Shown piece after piece: positions 59,964 through 64,000 of a stretch of DNA of 64,000 nucleotides. The notes under the pieces were generated by a model that saw nothing but the letters and a program-made list of their open reading frames with translations, was not told where the DNA came from and searched no databases. The first letter of the stretch is position 1; each line of letters begins with the position of its first letter. Origin of the DNA: Podarcis tiliguerta (taxonomy: Eukaryota). The translations under genes and the position numbers were made by a program. Location of the stretch: the NCBI GenBank assembly GCA_965153285.1, contig OZ229112.1. One strand, written 5' to 3'.

Positions 59964-61461
59964 CTGGAGGAGGAAACAAATAACCAAAAAGATTCTCAGC
60001 CCAGTGAAGCTTCATGTGCATGGAGGAACAGGCATCAGTGCATGTTTTTCTAACTGAATGGGAAACAATGGTTGCTGCATGAATTATTCCCCGGTCCTAT
60101 TCACCAGTCAGGACTACATCGCTCCAATTACACACTTGAACCATTGTACATCAGTTATTTGGAATGAAATGGGTAGCAGGGCTCCCTCCTTAGCTTTACC
60201 AGTGTAACAGCATCATGAGTCCTCAACTAACTAAGGTAATTCCCTTATACGTGTGTTAATTTTGTATCTTAGTTCTGGTGCTGCTATGATTAACACTGAC
60301 TGTACCTCATGAACTATAATGACAAGGCAGGAAAGCAGGAAGAAAACAAGAGCTCATGTTTTCATTTGTAATTGCCTCTGAAAGTTGGAGGCAAAGTCTG
60401 CGCGATAACGAGGCGTTTTTCATAGTGGGGACTGTGGTTCCAAGGTCCTTGTCATCATTGTTCAAAGCTCCCCTGCTGTCCTTGTGGCATCAGGGGCTCA
60501 AATCAGAACTTTGTACTTTGGGAAGCAAATTATGGTACTTGGTACATGCTGTTCCCATCTGGAAATCTCCGGTCACAAAAGGCAGCTTTGTCATGCATAA
60601 ATGATGGAATGTACTAGAAATAACACATTTTCTTCTGGAATTATTCATCCAACAACCTTATTCCTGTATGCGCTCACATTTAGTGGTGTCTAATGTTTGA
60701 CATAAATGCTGCTTTTTCATTATTTGCAACTAGCATTTTTGCACACATCAACATGCATCAGTAAATGACTGACAGGTTGTTATGCCAAAATGTGTAAGAA
60801 GAACCATTGACTAGGCATGTGAGTGCTAAGGGGGGTTGGATTTAAAAAAAAAGTAATTTGAACATGTTTTGGAACTTTTAAAATAAATTAGATGCTGTTC
60901 CTTATGTATGTGATAGTGATATAGGGGGCACTGTTCCATGTCATACTACATTTTAAAGCATGCTGTTCTAACAGGCTTGAAACAAACATCAGACTTATAT
61001 TTTTACACACTGTATCCACACATGCACTTTCAAAACACACCTAAAATTGCCCTTATATGTGGTATTTTACTACAGCTCTTCACATACTTTGAGCTACTGC
61101 AACCAGGAGGCATTCAGCCACATACCAGAAAATTAGGCTTGTGCAATTGGGTTAAAGCACTCTGGCACAGCAAATATGCTTTAAAAAAACACCTGACTTT
61201 TTGCAGTTAGGAAAGTGATGGGGAAATGAAGTAAAAAGTGTGGGATAATGATTAACAGGAAGACTTATAACCATTATGCAAACAAATCAGGTTGAAATTT
61301 GTAAACTACTTGGAGGTGGTGGTTTTTTAAAAAATAATCAAGCTGTATCTAAATTGTGTGGAATAAATAAATAAAATTGGTATGTTCATTGTCATATAAC
61401 CACCCTACAAACAAGTTGGACTGAATGTTCAATAAAAACCAGACCTGCATAAGCTTTGTGA

Positions 61462-61506
<45 letters not shown>

Positions 61507-62087
61507 TTATTATTTATACCCCGCCCATCTGGCTGGGCCTCCCCAGCCACTCTGGGCGGCTTCCATAGAAACCAAAAATACACTAAAATATCACACGTTA
61601 AAAACTTCCCTGAACAGGGCTGCCTTAAGATGTCTTCTGAATGTCAGGTGCTCTGAAACGTACTGGGAGCCAATGTAGGTCTTTCAAGACTGATGTTATA
61701 TGGTCTCGGTGGCCACCCCCAGTCACCAGTCTAGCTGCCGCATTCTGGATTAGTTGTAGTTTCCGAGTCACCTTCAAAGGTAGCCCCACGTAGAGCGCAT
61801 TGCAGTAGTCCAAGCGGGAGATAACCAGAGCATGCACCACTCTGGCGAGACAGTCCACAGGCAGATAGAGTCTCAGCCTGCGTACCAGATGGAGCTGGTA
61901 AACAGCTGCCCTGGATACAGATTTGACCTGTGCCTCCATGGACAGCTGTGAGTCCAAAATGACTCCCAGGCTGCGCACCTGGTCCTTCAGGGGCACAGTT
62001 ACCCCATTCAGAACCAGGGAATCCTCCACACCTGCCCGCCTCCTGTCCCCCCAAAACAGTATTTCTATCTTGTCAGGATTCAACCTC
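61462..62087 (-). mobile_element. L2-clade LINE, 5'-truncated and internally deleted, with an (AAT)n tail at 61462-61506
   Basis: ORF 61625-62089 reads LNPDKIEIL..VRSLGVILDSQLSM..ISRLDYCNALYVGLP..KLQLIQNAAARLV..LHWLPVRFRA. Confidence 0.92.
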
Positions 62088-64000
62088 AAATCAGCAAATC
62101 AGGATGAGTATTTAATTTTAAAATGTTGTCTTGAGGAGCCTTACAGTAACGAATGCCTCAGATATGCCTCCACAATTATATTGAACACTCTAAACCAACA
62201 AATGTAAAAATAAAAAATAAAAATGGAGGTAATTTAGTCTGAATCTTGTTTTGTTACAAGATTAAGGTTTCTTGCTTGCTTTATAATTTGTAAATTGGTT
62301 TGTTGAGCCTGTCTTCTGATGGAACTATGATATTGCTCTCTAGATTTTTTCTTTTGAAGTTAGCATGATGTGGGTTTCCTAAAATAGGATGCCCTCTGAG
62401 ATGTGGTTGTTCATGTGAGGATGAGGACACTTGGAAAATATACTTATGAAGATTCCTGACATAGCAGTTTATCTGTATGTCTATGTGATTATATTATGCA
62501 ACATTTTGGTTTATCTGTGAAGACTGTACAGTTCTCAAAGAATAATCTGCATTTACTTCATAGGATAATAATGTTCCTCAGAGTTTTCTTTTCCTCCTAT
62601 CCAGAACCCCTGACATTTGGAGGAGTCTGGAGCAGTGCCCCAGATCATCACAGTGGTATATCTATGTTTGGCTATGGCTTGTCAAAACAGATAGAGCAAG
62701 CTGAGTTAGTCACAGGATATCTCAGCATCCTTCTGTCATAGCCTTGGCTCTCATAGCCCTGTCTGTTGCTTTATCTTAGTGTAGAAGGACAGACTGGCCT
62801 GTTACACAACTGACATCTCCAGGGAGAAAGTATAGATGGTAGTGAGAAGTGAGAAGAATCTCTCTCTCCCCCCCCCCCATCCCCAATTAGTTCAATAGAA
62901 AACCAGGATTCCCCAGAGAGCTGGTTACAGACTCAATCGCACTAATCTAGTTCACCAGAAACAAGCAGAGCACAAGTGAGAGTGGCCAGTGAATTAGGTA
63001 GTATAAAATACAACCTGTACTAGCACAATAAATCCTAAGGTTCTCTGACCACAGTTACGCATTTCAGATACAAAAGCAACTGCTTGCTGTGGGCAACTTC
63101 TCACATTCTTTTTTGAAGACGTGGGTGCAGTCTTTCAAAATCCCCTCTATGCACACTGTACTTTATGTTTTGAGGATGAGAGTTGAAACTTTCCAATTTC
63201 TTAAGAATATCTAGGAAAAGGCCAACTGCTTCTCTCCAACCCCACCTCCCAGTCACTACTGCCTACTTTAAATCAGGAAGGGGTTCTGTGGGATGCCAGA
63301 GGGCACGCTATGTTGTCATTTAGGTAACCTATGCCAAACACGTAACTCATCCACCATATAAGTGGAGAGGGTGGGGGAGCACAGGGAACAAAGATGTAGC
63401 TAGTTACTAGTAAAGCAGTGTATCTGTGTGAAACAGCTCTTCATTTTGAACTGGGATCTTCTCTGAAAAGTCTGGCTTTAGGTAGGATTCCACAGAAATG
63501 CAGAATAGCACTGAATGTTGTAATGGGAATATAACTTTTTTTTTTAAGTTTGAAAGTGTGAGGGGAAGTTTTCCAGTGTCTACATAGCTCCACTTTTCTC
63601 CCCAAGACCAAAAAACCCCAAAAATGTATTGTGCAAAACAGGAAAAATTATACAAATCAGTTTAATTTTCATGAGTTACCAAGTTCAGATGTTCTCACAA
63701 AAGTTGGGTTGCCTAGATGCCAAAACTCAACTTGAAAAAGAAAAGGAAGGAGCAGCATATAGACAGCCCTGGATATAATGATGTCTGATTATTTGTGATG
63801 GGGACTAGAACGTTTGTTTGTATAAAGGAGAAGAATCGTGAAGGATTCGTATCCAGAAATGGTTCCAGAGTTTACATGACTCCTTCCTAAGATAGAAAAC
63901 CTAACGTTGCAATTGTAGTGCTGCAAGATAAAATGCAGCTAAACTATAATTAAAATCTAAAATTGTACTTGTATAACTTTTGAGACATAAGTACATTCTC

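Noticed and set aside
59964-64000. Expected upstream PDE7B exon with the HDVDHPG metal-binding motif
   Set aside because: Not found by eye on the minus strand; it presumably lies beyond the window end.

Overview
This is vertebrate genomic DNA, AT-rich, with spliceosomal introns and two N gaps. The repeat content (Sauria SINE, Squam3-like SINEs, BovB, CR1, L2, TA-flanked Tc1/mariner MITEs, hAT MITEs) points to a squamate, probably a lacertid lizard (inference). It contains three genes in the conserved amniote order. BCLAF1 (+) has a complete CDS from 317 to 18682 in 11 coding exons, about 918 aa, with one exon start hidden in a gap. MTFR2/FAM54A (+) has a CpG-island first exon near 25.0 kb and a CDS from 26236 to 36707 in 7 coding exons, 339 aa. 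PDE7B (-) is represented by its last five coding exons, 59963 down to 48650. I found no prokaryote-type systems and no convincing wholly new gene. The best leads are: (i) a TSD-flanked insertion that carries an inverted copy of its own flank; (ii) BCLAF1 alternative-splicing signals, including two candidate poison exons; (iii) an MTFR2 stop codon followed by an in-frame, coding-like tail; (iv) a DNA transposon filled with hairpin-forming GC-rich repeats; (v) an orphan exon-like ORF downstream of MTFR2. Gene names come from recalled protein similarity, not from a database search.
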